Shown in pieces: positions 13,031-25,856 of a stretch of DNA of 64,000 nucleotides. Within the stretch, counting starts at the first letter, position 1; every line of letters begins with the position of its first letter. Origin of the DNA: Vicugna vicugna (lineage: Eukaryota). The notes under the pieces were generated by a model. That model was given only the letters and a program-made list of their open reading frames with translations. It ran no database searches and was not told the origin of the DNA. The stretch is taken from NCBI GenBank assembly GCA_013265495.1, contig MU058384.1:1551690-1615689 (forward strand). The letters run 5' to 3'. Made by a program: the position numbers and the translations under genes.

Positions 13031-13769
13031 CTCCATAGGTTTTATAACTAATATTATTTTGTTACTGGCAATATATGAAACTATTTGTATCATGGCCTTT
13101 TCATCAGCATATAAAAATTTTTTTTACAATTTATTTAAATTTAATAAGTGAAAAAATTACAATTTGTGGCACTTTCAGTAAATGTGAACATTTTTTTCCT
13201 ACAAACTTGCTTCAAGTGTCCTAAATGTAAACTATCACTTTGAATAGAAGTAAGAAAAGGTGGAAGCAGTGGTGTGACATATCAAATGATAGCTTTTGAA
13301 CAGTGCTTTGAAAACATTTTCTGTAGGTATCAGATATTTCCTGAAGTATCATTACCAAGTGTACTTTCCTCTGAATGCTTTCCCATGTCAGAAATGGAAC
13401 AGAAAAATAAGTTGCCCTTTGACAGGAAAAAAATAGCATGAGTATGACAGATAACAAAAACTAAATTGTATTTCCTTTTAAATGATAGACATATATAAAT
13501 TAAAACACATTAAGCTCAATATCTCTAATTGCATTACACTTTGTTAAGAGTTACGAACCCTAATTAGGCCATACTACCAGAAGTGAAGTTACTGTAGGCC
13601 ATGCACAAATTAGATAATCCACAGATGATCTTTAAAAGTCTAGGTTTATATACATAAATAAAAATATAGGAAGAAAAGAAAGAATATAAAAGGTACACCT
13701 TAAAATTCAGATATTTTATAAATTTAAAATATAGCTTTAGATCTAGGGGAAATTTCTATCCACAAGGGC

Positions 13770-16560
13770 ATGAAGGAGTCAGAGAATTCTTTCTTCATAA
13801 AGAAAGTGTAAACTGGACAAAATCATTATAAACAACCACATCAGAAGTCTGGAAAGTGGCCAAAAGCAGACAACAAACTGAGAAAAATTTATTCTTGAAA
13901 AACTGCTAGAACTTAGGGAGTCTATGTCCTTCTTGCCTGGGAATATTCTCATTTACGTTCCCCTTGCTCTTTTGGTGACCAAAGCAAGACTGGGTAGAAA
14001 ATCAGCAGTTCTGCTACCAGAGGGGGAAATAAAAACTTGCTTGGGAATGGGGTAAAACTCATGACTTTGACAAACACCAAAAAGAATAAATAAGAAACAC
14101 CCAGAGCTCTACTATCTTGAAGTTGTGGTCCTGTTTGGGGCAAGCAGTGAACAAACAGAATTGTATGGAGAGATCCTAGAAAATATAGCACCATTTAGAG
14201 GCTAGATAAGATCTCTACATACCCATGGATGATTGAGGAACTACCCATATACACAAGGGAAACCTGCAAGAATCCAGTTAGAAGCTAAAACCGAGAAAGA
14301 CTTGAGAACCAGCTAATTTTTTTAACATGCTCCCAAAATCATATGTACATCGATTTTCAGAGATGAATATCTTATGTGCTGGCAGTGTTTGAGTAAAATC
14401 CCTAGCCAAATCATTGGCTAACCCCTAAGTTATGCAATTACAAAGGTGACTCCTATTAAACCATGCTAAAAAAAAAAATCAAAATAAGAATAAAAACCTA
14501 AGCACAAATATCAGTGGCTGACTATGGGGGGAAGATTTTACATTTTAAGCTCAGATAAGATATAACAAGAAGAAAGAAAAAAAGAAAAGTAAATCAGAGC
14601 CTGGATTTGCTACAGTATATTATCAATTATAATATATAAAATATACAGTTTCCATCCAAAAATTAGAAGACAGTCAAAGAAAATGTGACCCATACACAGA
14701 GGAAAAAATATAGTCAATAGAGCCAATTGAATGGACAAAAATGCTGAGTTTGAGGCATATGCACACAATATCACAATAATGACCCAACAAATAGAGAATC
14801 TTAGTAGAGAAAAGTGCACTAATAAAAAAGGGAATTGGAAATTTGAGAATTGAAAATATAATAATGAAAATAAAAAAATGCCTCAGATATTAAGGCTCAA
14901 GAGGAGATTAAAGATGGCAGAAGAAAGAACCAATGAACTTAAAGATAGATTAATAGATATTATTCAATCTAAAAAATAGATAGGAAAAAGCACTGAAGAA
15001 AAATAAACAGAGCCTAAGAAACTGGATGACAAAGCCAAGCATAACAGTATTTATGTAATGGAATTCTTAGATCCATAGGGGGGAAGAGAAAATGCAGAAA
15101 TCCCTGTAAAAGTCACAGCTGGTTTATTGAAGAAATTGACAAGCTGATCACAAAAATTATATGAAAATGCAAAGAAAATAGAAAAACCAAATCAATTTTT
15201 AAAAAGAACTTACAAATTGTTTTAAATCTTTCAATAAAGCTATGCAATTGAATAGACAGTCCAGAAATAAACCCTTACATTTTTAGTCAATTGGTTTTCA
15301 ACAAAGATACCAGACAATTCAATGGATAAGGGGCAGTGTTTTCAATAATGTTGGAACAGTTGTATATCCAAATGTTCAAAAATGAACTTAGACCCTTTAC
15401 TCACCCCATACATAAAATTAACTCAAAATGTAAGAGCTAAAACAATAAATCTCCTAGAATAACACATAGGAGATAATCTTTGTGCTCTTTTATTAGGCAA
15501 ATATTTCTTAGATATGATACCAAAACCATGATCCGTAAAATAAAACATAATGAAATGTGTCATTAACAGTAAAAACTTTTTTTTCAAAACACAATATCAA
15601 GAAAATGAAAAAAACAAGCCACACAGACTGGGAGAAAGTATTTTCAAATCATATAGTTTATAAACGATTTATACACAGAATACATAGAACACTCTTCCAA
15701 CTCAATAATATGAAGAGAAAAGAAGTTTCAAAAAAAACTGAAAAAAGATTTGAATAGATATTCTAACAAAGAAGACATTCAAATGGCTAATTAGCTCATG
15801 AAAAAATGCTCAACATCATTAGTCATTAGGGAAATGCAAATTAAAACCACAATGGATTACACTACACATTTATTTGAATGGCTACCATCCAACAGAGTGA
15901 TGATACCAAACATTGAAGAGGATGTGAAAAAAAACTAGGATCCCTCATATATTGATGGTGTAAAAGTAAAAAGGCACAGACACTTCAGAAAATAGATTGG
16001 TAGTTTCTTAAATAGTTAAACACACTTACCATATGATCCTGCAATTCTATTCCTAGATATCTATCCAAGAGTATTGAAAACATATGTCCATACAAATGCT
16101 TGCATGTGAATGTTCATAGCAGTACTATTGATAGTAGCCCCAAAACTGAAAACAATCAAAATGTTCATCATCTGGTGAATGGATAAACAAAATGTGGGAT
16201 ATCTCTGTAATGGAATACTATTCAGCAATAAAAATGAGTAAACAATGACACAACTGATACATCTACAATATGAGTAAGCCTAAAAACTACTATGCCCAAT
16301 TGAAAGGAGTCATACACAAGACCATAAATTATTGTAAGAGCCTTTATATATGAACTTTCTCAAAAAGGCAAAACCATAGACACAGAAAGCAGAGAGTGGT
16401 TGCCTGGGGCTAAATTTTGGAGTGAGAATTGACCACTAAGAGCCCAAGGGAACTATTATTTGTGGTAATAGAAGTGTTTTGATACTGGATGATTGTGATG
16501 GTTGCATAATTTATAAGTTATAAGGTTTTAAACTAAAACTCAATAACATTATATATATAT
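13770..16560 (+). mobile_element. Old LINE-1 (L1M/L1MC-MD-like): 5'UTR plus partial ORF1 joined to ORF2 3' end and 3'UTR
   Basis: 5'UTR-like start (aaaactgctagaactt), ORF1 coiled-coil-like stretch at 14800-15090, ORF2 end (gaaatgcaaattaaaaccacaatg at 15831), 3'UTR to about 16560. Confidence 0.8.
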
Positions 16561-17084
16561 CATTTTTTACCATTGACCTTTCTGTTATCACATTATCTTA
16601 AAGTCAAAGAGTCTCTCGGCTCCTCCAATTTCCAACATTTCCCACAGCTCTACACTTCCAATTCTATGTCTCAAGCCCTTTGATGAAGCATTTTTCCTCT
16701 TTGCAGAAGAAAAAGGAGATTTCCCCTACTAGCTAAGTGCCAATTTGAATATTAATACTTTTCATATATTTCTGATACTAGTAGAGAGGTAACATGTTAT
16801 CTCAGACTTGATAAGTTTCTTTAGAAGCATCACTTGATCTAGTCTACAAACAATAACACTGTGGGTACCAGGGGTTATATTAAAACCCAGGTCTGGCTGA
16901 CCACACATCCCCTGCCCTTAACTACTATCCTCTACATTTCACACTGCCTCCGTGTTCTTGTGTTTTGCCATAATCCCACTTGTATTCTCCCATGTCACAA
17001 GGGAGTTGAGAGGAATTTTTTTCCCAGAAACCCACAAGTACATAACCTCAGGATCTGCAAATATAGAAAATATCTCTTAGCCCT

Positions 17085-17111
17085 TTTGTTTGTTTGTTTG
17101 TTTGTTTGTTT
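17085..17111. repeat. (TTTG)n microsatellite
   Basis: Seen directly. Confidence 0.9.
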
Positions 17112-17309
17112 TAATACAATTAATTTAAGTATCAGAAACAGTTGTTTTGTTCGAGGCCAAATTTCAACCTGAGTAAAGGAGTTAATGATTCGAGGTACTT
17201 TCAAAACACACAAATTGATCACAATTTGAGTGAGAATTAAGAAAGACTAGAACAATATTTTACTAATCTACATATTTATAATATTGTATTATTTACAAAG
17301 CAATTTTAT

Positions 17310-17455
17310 GTAATTTAATTAATTTTTCATAAAGTCCTGTGAAGTGGGTATCATTAGCGCTGTTTTACAGATGGCAGAAATAATACGTTTAACATATCAT
17401 CCAAAGATGCATGGAAGTTAAATGGTAGATTCGTCCCCTAACTCCAAATTCACTC
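17310..17455 (-). mobile_element. MIR fragment
   Basis: cctgtgaagtgggtatcattagcgctgttttacagatggcagaaa is the antisense MIR core. Confidence 0.65.
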
Positions 17456-18389
17456 TTCTCAAAATTAAACCATTAGATTGATGCAATGTTTCTCTTTTTA
17501 AAAAAAAATGTCTAAATCATAATGATTCTCTTCTCTACTGGGAGTATGAAGAGAGTTGAAATATCTGTGTTCTATACCTCAACTCCAAGTTTTGACAGCA
17601 GAGAGGCTGTTTATGCTGGGATATTTTGTGAAATGGTGTTTGTGGTTCCACATGCACACCAGCATAATCATCAGAGACCCAGCAGCATCTGGTCACTCCA
17701 AGCAGACTGTATTCACCAAATATTATCATCTTGATGGATCTGTGAGCATTTCTTTCCTAACATGGAGATACAGCACTGTTATAAACCCAAGAATTCTTTT
17801 AGGAATGCCATTTATCTCCAAACCAATGAATTTTAAAGTTGAAATTTGGCATGCACCGAACTTTCTTATTAAAAACAAATACAACTCAACTTTTCCAATA
17901 AAGAGTAATTAGAAAATTTAATCATCACAACCTGCTATGGAGCTAATTGTTTGTACTAATATCCTCATCTTCTTTAGAGACATTACCTGTCAGTCAATAA
18001 ATACATGAGCATTTGATAATATGTATGTATAATTTTATATCTCTTCTCCAGTTGTATGACCAATTTGTGCTTCAAAAGGACCTGTAAAACCCATTATTTG
18101 AGTTCCTCCTTTTGATAGGAATGGCCAGGCCAGAATGAAGTCAGAGAGGCAGTCTGCTTTCTCGGATTAGGAAACTCTGGGTCATAAGTTAGTTATTTGC
18201 TCAAATGCTTATACTTCTCATAAAAGGCATGGATTAGTAAAGTTTTCACATGACAGTTATAATTAAGGAATGACGTATTACTTAAGCTAGCAAAAGATTA
18301 TTCTATAAAATAAAAATCAAAGCAGGACATTGAATAATGAAGCTGAAAACCAGTTTTCTTTGCTATGGACATTATTTTAATTATTTGTT

Positions 18390-18790
18390 TATTTATTATT
18401 AGCTCTAATAATTGAGAGATTGATATGTGTCAAACATTTAACTATACATTTTAACATGCATTATTTCACATGAATCAATCCTTCCTATGAAAAATTGTAA
18501 AGGTAAAGGTATGTGTATCACCATTTTATTTATTTATTTTTTTAATCTTTTTTATTTTTTATTTCTTTTTTTTTTAGTGTCAGTACTGGGGATTGAACCA
18601 AGGATCTATTGCATGCTAAGCACGTGCTCTACCACTTAGTTATTCCCTCCCCCACCCCCATTTTAAATATGTTACCTAAATTTAAGGGCAGCAGCTTGTC
18701 CAAAGTCACATGACCATTAAAATAGTAAAGTCAAGATTAGAATTCAAGTGTTTCAGATTTGGAAGAATTTACTTCTAGCCAGTAAGGTAT
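18390..18790 (-). mobile_element. MIR interrupted by a camelid SINE
   Basis: Antisense MIR motifs on both sides of 18529-18653 (cttgtccaaagtcacatg, caagattagaattcaag). Confidence 0.6.
18529..18653 (-). mobile_element. tRNA-derived SINE, camelid vic-1 type
   Basis: Minus strand reads GGGGAGGGAATAACTAAGTGGTAGAGCACGTGCTTAGCATGCAATAGATCCTTGGTTCAATCCCCAGTACTG plus an A-rich tail; pol III A box and B box (GGTTCAATCCC); ccatttta repeated at 18521 and 18658 as TSD. Confidence 0.85.
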
Positions 18791-19374
18791 AAGAGAGCAA
18801 ACACCAGGATTTAAAACAGCACACACACCCATGTGCACATAGATACATGCATGTCTCACCACAAACATTTGTGCACACGTATGCAGACGTAGCTAAACAA
18901 TCTGTAAGAGTCAGTTGTTACGTATGTGAAACGCCTTTTCTTCTTGATGTTTTATTCCCCAAACAGGCATAGCTGTTTTAGAATTATAATGGTTCTGCTC
19001 TCTGAGAGGCGTGATACGAGGGACCGCAAAGACTCTGAAGGAGTTATTTCATTCCATAGAGACCACGTTACGCACGCTATGAATGTTTAAGACGGAGCAC
19101 ACAGTCTGTCATGTCGACTCTCATCTACTTCAGTGACAGATTATTTTTCTTCCAGCACTAGTGGCTTGAATATATCAGCTTTTTTTCTCAGAGTTCAAAC
19201 ACACACAAAAAAAGTCATGATGGAACCACAAAACAGAATTCAAGGAGCATGGAAACTCTAACTTAAACCCAGAAAAGCAAAGAACTGTAGCATTTTGCCA
19301 AACAACTCAGTTAGTTTGAGAGTCCTTAATTCACCCTAGATAATGTCAGCTATGTACAGTGCACACAAACTCAT

Positions 19375-19600
19375 TTTATTGAGTATTACTATGTGCCAGA
19401 TACCATGTTAAATGCTGTACATGAATTATCTCATTTACTTGCCACCAGAACCCTATGAGATAGAAATGATGATTATATCCCTTTTCAGTATAAGAAAACT
19501 GAAGCTAAGAAAGGTCAAGTTAACTTGTTCAAAGACACTCAGCTAGAAAGAGACAAAGCAGGGATTCCAACTCTGGCTTCAGAAGCTGAGCTCATAACCT
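19375..19600 (-). mobile_element. MIR, near full length
   Basis: tttattgagtattactatgtgccag...aaccctatgagatag...aagaaaactgaagct...cttgttcaaagacactcagctag. Confidence 0.88.
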
Positions 19601-20179
19601 CAACATATATGCACCCATATAATATATTTGCATTGTGATGAAAAAACAAATTTTAGCACCAGGGAAATTTGAATTTGCAAAGAGCAAACAGAATGTCCAG
19701 AAGTCAATTTGTTTGACAAAATATTCAAAAGATGATATCCATTCACGAGACATATTCAGGCTTCTGAAAAATCTCTTCTAGGCTCTCAATGCACTAGACT
19801 ATAACTTCAAATAACATTTGTCTATTTCTTCTTGAGGCTTTGAAATCAAAACAGCAAGGGGAAAATGTTTGTAAAGGGTAAGGGAAGTGTATTTTCCAGT
19901 ATACTTTTACCATTTTTTAAATGAAAAGCCATATTTGATCTATTTTTCCCTAGATTTGTTTTGGCAAATAGGCCTCATCACTTGTGCCAACTTTAAGCAA
20001 TCCATGCACCTTGAAATGAGTTCTGAGATTGTGCCCAGAGAGCAGTGATCGATTAGCATTGTCTGTTATAGCAGGGGTGTGACAGTAGGCATGACCTGTA
20101 TTTAACAACCCTCCCTGCCTTGGACAAATAAATCCACCCCTCTCAAAATAAGCTCCAAAGTTGTCTACAAACAGGCAAG

Positions 20180-20255
20180 GTGGAAAGAAGCAAGGAAGGA
20201 GGGAGAGAGGGAAAGAAAGAGAAAAGAAAGAAAGAAAGGAAGAAAAGAAGGAAAC
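20180..20255. repeat. GA-rich polypurine low-complexity tract
   Basis: Seen directly. Confidence 0.8.
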
Positions 20256-20914
20256 TTTAGGGCAATTATTTCAATAATTGGTCAAAAGGTAAAAGAGTAG
20301 ATTTTAACCTGAAATGTTCAGAATTACTAAGTATGTGGATAAAATTGACTTAATAACTGTTGAACTTTCCACACATTTTGTTTTTGTATCTACCCTTCCA
20401 TGGAATGTTCCCTTACTGCCCCACACAAGAAGCCTACTGGTCCTTGCCACCATAACTTTGTTCACACTATTTTTCCCCATCCTTGTTTCCCCCAACTTTT
20501 CCTCTGTCTAGCTGTAGTCTCCCCATTCATGTCTTACCTCCTTGGTGAATCCTGGGTCTGGTTTGGGAGACTTTGGGGATATCTTAGAGGCTCTCTCTCA
20601 AGTGGCCTCAGATGGACTTCATCTTTGACAATTTTACCACAATTCCCAGTGGGGCCTTATAACTCTACAGATGAGAACTCCAAAGGTCACCTAGCTGGCT
20701 AGTGACAGAACTGGGTATGTAAGCTCAACTTTTCCACATTTCAGTTGCTCTAGAATATTCCCTCCAAATCAGCCAAACATAATCCTTTACTAGCAACTAG
20801 AATACTGGCTCTTAGTCGAAACAAATTCCTTCAGTTTCTCTTTGTCACTGGCTTTTTCATGTGAAGAGATTGTCTTGCTAGTGAGGCTATAAAATTCTGT
20901 GGGCTGAAGTCTCA

Positions 20915-21150
20915 GAGGAGCAGTGTGTAAAGTTGGGGAAGGAAAGCGGGTTTAGACATCAAAAAATCCAGCTGCTGGTTCTAGCTCTGCCACGTTCTAG
21001 CCATGTAACCTTGGCTAGGTCATTTCTCTGAGCCTCATTTTCCTCATCCATATAATGGGTGACTAACTCTCTTGTCTGTGGCCCAGGGTTGTTATAAGGA
21101 CTAGTAAGGTGTTATTTTAGCAAAAGATTTGTAATGTATTAAGTAGTGTA
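20915..21150 (+). mobile_element. MIR
   Basis: ggttctagctctgccacgttctagccatgtaaccttggctaggtcatttctctgagcctcattttcctcatc. Confidence 0.85.
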
Positions 21151-22689
21151 CACATTGGGGTGATTTCATACTTCCTTTATGCCTTCCTCAGCCTCAGTGT
21201 CATTGGGTGGGGGCAGTCACAGCATCCTGGACATCTGTCATTTAACCTCCTTGGGACTCTTCCCACATGTTTGCCTTGACGAGCCTGGGCTTTCCTTCTA
21301 GGCCCCGTCCCAGGGTCTTCACCCAAAAAGACGTCTCACAATATAAATATAAGCTTTGATATAATATCTGTGAGGGATTTGTTTTGTTTTCTAGTCTTTG
21401 TCAATGTTTGCATTCATAAGGAAGAAGGATGATTTTAATTCTTCCTTAATACAGTGTGGCATATGATGAAGTGGCATCATTGCCATTTGTAAGTTTATTC
21501 TGAAGAAAATGCCATTTTCTACCTGCCAACATCTGAAAGCTATAAATAGTGAGAAAAATAGAGAAGCTTTAAAAGTCTATTGAAATGTATTGGATTTGGA
21601 GAGTTTCTTGGATGGCCAGAGTGGAAAAATATTTTGCTAAAAAATAGGGAGTGTTGCTCCTACTGGCACACAGGCAGACAGTTTAGTTAGTATTTACCCA
21701 GCCTGTGGCGAGGGAACACTTGGCTGTTTATTTCAGTGGAGGGGATGTTGGGAGACGCTGTTTGTCTAGTCAGAAATGCCCTTTGAGACTGCAAGGCTAC
21801 CTGTGACCAATTTTCAACTAAATTTGTCTTTGGACTTTGTGTAAGTAATCCGGCCTTAACCAAATCCATTTGGTCTTCAATATAACCATGCTACAGAATC
21901 CTTACCAAAAATTTCCCTGCTTTGGTCCACAATGATGTCTTCTGATTATTCAGTCAAAACTGAATTTGAGACTTAAATGTGAGTTCTGGATAAGTAGACT
22001 GAGTTTTATTTAGTGTAGGAAATAACTATTACTTATTAAATAAAATGGACTGATATTTAACCAGTCATTTTCAAACATCTCTGCCCCTCGCTCCATGGTA
22101 GAATAACACATACTATTGACCAGTAATCGTCGGAGCTAGCTTTAGTTCATAAAGAAATTTGTGTTTTACTTCATTTCTTATTTGAAAGCCCAGCGAAGGG
22201 CTCATTGCCAATGTGACACTGACATGGTGAATACTCAGAGATGTGTTATTTTTCAATCTCAAGCATTTCAAGTTTTATGCTCTTTTAACAAAATTCAATA
22301 GTTTAAAGGATAGAACAGCTGTAAGAAATGCAAAAATGTTTCCCAGGTTGTGATTAAGTAGTGATTACTATTTCTTTATCAGCTTTCTTTATTTCCATTG
22401 GCTTTAATTTTTGCATGTAAAACCCCACAGGTTTTTTATTTGTTTGTTTGTTCGGTGGGTGGGGAGAGGGGAGAGCAGATTGGTCATTACATCAGGCTGC
22501 TCAATTGGATAGTTCTTCTGAGCTGGCAAGTTCCTGGGGCAAGGGCTGGATCTCCATAACACTTTATAAGTATTGGGCCAGCATAATAGTCAAGCATAAA
22601 GATTTGTGAAGGAGATTCTTGATTTGGGGATTTTTCACTCACTGTTTTTGCTTCTCTTTCCCTGTTTGCTGCCATATTCTTGTTTTTGC

Positions 22690-22860
22690 ATCATTCAATC
22701 TTCTCAAACTTCCTTGAGTAATTATTATGACCCCATTTCATAGATGATAAAGTTGCAGTCGGGGGAAACAAGAGCCTCTTATAGTAAGTTGCATGGCCAG
22801 GATTTGCCCCTCCCTTATTTTGGCTTCTATGCCCAGACTCTTTCTGCAGGGCCTCATAGT
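22690..22860 (-). mobile_element. MIR fragment
   Basis: attattatgaccccatttcatagatgataaagttg...agtaagttgcatggccaggatttg. Confidence 0.65.
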
Positions 22861-23764
22861 TTTACGAAGGCAAGAATTTGCAGCCCAAGCTTCCTGTCAA
22901 GTTGACAAATGTGTTAAATCAAAGATAAAAGTCTCCATGTTAGGTTGTCAAGGGGTCAGTTCGCCCGAGCCTTGACATCCTCCTTAGCTCTGTTCCCATA
23001 CAGAGCCCTTCTCCAGCTCGTTGCTGCAGCCACAATATTCAAATGTAGGGGAGCCCCAACTTGGAGGATTTTGACAGCTGGGCTGAAGCCCGCATAGGAT
23101 GGGCTCTGCTTGTGCACATTCCAGAGAGCCGTTTGACACTATACCAGAGGATCAAGGCATCCTAATGAAGAGCTACCACCCAGTGAATTGTATACATGGA
23201 AACTACTACTTGGGATTAATCTATGTAGGAGAATTGAGACTTTCACACAGCAGGGGGAAGATATACACCACAAATAAATGAAATTTGGAGAACCTAAAAC
23301 TAGAACAGCACTGAATCACTTGCTTGTACTTCCAATTTGTGTTTCAATTGTCTCCCAAATTTTCTTACTGAAAGCCTCATACTATACATTTAAATATTTA
23401 AAAGAGTCATCTTTAAACACGCAATCTTAAGATTTTTCTATTCACTCTCCAGTACTTCCACTAAAATAATAATAATAATAATAATTTTAAAAATAAAGAT
23501 TTTTCTAGACATTCATCACTGGAAGTTTTTTCATTAAAACCTCTTCAACTATGTCCAAGAAGAAGAAGAAGTCATGACACTACTGTCCAGGAGTCAGCCA
23601 TCTATTTCTTTGTTTTTGAATGTCAATATCAGGAATTAAGTAAAAGCCAAATGTATCACCAGATGCCAGTGTTGATTAAATCATAGAAAGGAAAGAAGCA
23701 AAGATATATACAGAAGGAAGAGGAAAGAAGGTAAGGGCAGGAAACAAAATCACAGTGTTGAAAA

Positions 23765-23950
23765 GCAGCATGACATAATAGAAAGTTTTGGGCTTTGGGA
23801 CCAAATAGATCTAGACTCAAGAACCAGCTCAGAAATTTACAAAATCTGGGTTATTCACAAATTATTTAACCTGAATGAGTATTAGTTTCTTCATGGATAA
23901 AAAACTAATACTCATATCATGGAGATACTGTGAGTAATTAGCAAGTAAAA
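23765..23950 (+). mobile_element. MIR fragment
   Basis: gcagcatgacataatagaaag...ggctttgggaccaaatagatct...aaattatttaacctg...agtttcttcat. Confidence 0.65.
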
Positions 23951-24099
23951 GTGACAGGTTTGATAATTACAGCTGCTAGACACTAGACATCATCTCGCCC
24001 AACTTCCCACCCTGTTTAGGAATCCTCTCTCTAGCACCTCCATCAGATAAAGGCCACCTATGAATGTGGAGCTTACAGTCTAAGAAAATAGCCATTTTT

Positions 24100-24461
24100 T
24101 ATGTGGAAGGTATTATGCTAAGTGAAATAATTCAGACAGAGAAAGACAAATACTGTATGATATCATTTATATGTGGAATCTTAAAAATACAAAAAGCTAG
24201 TAAATATAACAAAAAAGAAACTGACTCACAGATACAGAGAACAAACTAGTGGCTACCAGTTTTGTTTGGGAGGGCAACATAGGGATGGGGGTGTAGGAGG
24301 TACAAACTATTGGGTATAAGATGAGCTACAAGGATGTATTTGTACAACCCAGGGAATACAGCCAATATCTTGTAATAACTATAAATGGAGTACAACCTTT
24401 AAAAATTGCATTAAAATATAGAGAGAGGAAAAACAAGTAAATTTCTTAAATTGAAGAAAAA
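24100..24461 (+). mobile_element. 5'-truncated LINE-1 (end of ORF2 plus 3'UTR) with TSD
   Basis: EGIMLSEIIQTEKDKYCMISFICGI matches the L1 3' region; TSD aagaaaatagccatt (24082-24096) / aacaaaatggccatt (24462-24476), 2 mismatches. Confidence 0.92.
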
Positions 24462-24829
24462 AACAAAATGGCCATTATTTTCTTGGCTATATTTATTAGA
24501 AATGTATTCTTTAAAGTCAGAGAAAAAAAAAAAGTCAGCCAAAGTTTACTTCACCCTAACTTCAAAATAGGTTTCTTGAAAATATGGAACTGAGACCTGT
24601 GCGTGAGGCGCTGCAGGGGCCTGCATCCCACCTGTTCTGGATGCTGTGGTCCACATCCCAGCTGCCGTTATGCTGTGACTTACAATCAGCTCAGCTCCTG
24701 AGATCTTTCTTAACATGAAAAGCTCGCTGACTGTTCCTTCTTCATCCTATAAGTGTGTGGTTGATTTGCATAACTTTGTGTTCTACTTACAAAAGTCATG
24801 TGTAATCAAGCCAGCACAGTGTGAAAAAC

Positions 24830-24965
24830 AGAAGGAAAAAAAGCCTAAAATTTCCCTTCCACTATTAACATGTTGGTATATGTCTGCCTATTTTCCTTCC
24901 ATGCATAAATAGGTACCTTTCATTAAAATGGTATCATGTTACAGACATTATCTTGTAGCCTCCTT
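24830..24965 (-). mobile_element. Very old L1 (L1ME-like) 3'UTR fragment
   Basis: ccactattaacatgttggtatatg...aaaatggtatcatgttacagacattatcttgtagcc resembles antisense L1ME 3'UTR. Confidence 0.45.
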
Positions 24966-25719
24966 ACTATGTTCAATTAATTAGAAGAGAGACACTGCAA
25001 CTCAGAGGCTCACCACCCTCCAGGATAATGTACAGAGTCTGACTGATAGGGGAAATGAAGCAACTAGACATCCTCATCAAATCTGATTACACAGACCTGT
25101 TAATTTGGGCATTCAGCCTTCTGACTATGAGTCTTCATTGTCATTTGTAGTCTTAAGAGTGCTTTTGGATCTTAGAAAGTATTGGGAGTTGTTTAGGTTT
25201 AAATAATTAAATAGCCGTTAATGTCAAAAGAGGCATAATCCTGTATGTATCTATAATATTCACCCCCAAAAAATCATAAGAGGCTGTCATATCCTCTGTT
25301 GAAATCCAGAGATACTAAGCCTCTATGACATGTTTAGAAATACTTGTTTAATAGCTGCGTCCATAAAAGGGAATTAGGTTAGTTTTGTAATCCCAGGGAT
25401 TGTCAGTGCACCTTGGCTGTTTCTTCACAAGAAGATAAGGCAATGTGAATAAGCAAGCCCAAGAACACCGCCCAACCAGTGGGTGTGACAGGCCCTGGGC
25501 CCTCAGAAGAGGTTCAGCAGGGCAGAGGAGGCGTGGTGGCCAAGACATGCAATATCTCTAACCCTCATTCAGTCAAAGAGACTGGACACTTTGGGGAAAA
25601 GGACTATGTTAGGATCACTTCTGTGTTCCTGTGGCCTTTCTCAGAGACTGGCATATCATAATAAGCTCAGCTGGGAGTCACCGTGTGCCTCTGCTGTTCC
25701 CCACTCTGCTAGAGACTCC

Positions 25720-25856
25720 CTACCTATGTCATCTCATTCAACTCTCTCACAAAATCCTGATGAGATGGGAATTACTAACAACATTGTCAAGAGAAAGGAC
25801 TAAAGTCCTTGTAAGTAATTAGTCCATAGTCATGTAGCCTGTAAGCATGGAGCAAG
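25720..25856 (-). mobile_element. MIR fragment
   Basis: atctcattcaactctctcacaaaatcctgatgagatgggaattact...aagtaattagtccatagtcatgtagc. Confidence 0.6.

Noticed and set aside
17522..17912. Overlapping ORFs on both strands and a possible minus-strand exon (about 17577-17741)
   Set aside because: Weak splice signals and no recognisable product.
18575..18650. tRNA-like sequence on the minus strand
   Set aside because: Has an A-rich tail and TSD and lacks an intact acceptor stem; it is a SINE, not a tRNA gene.
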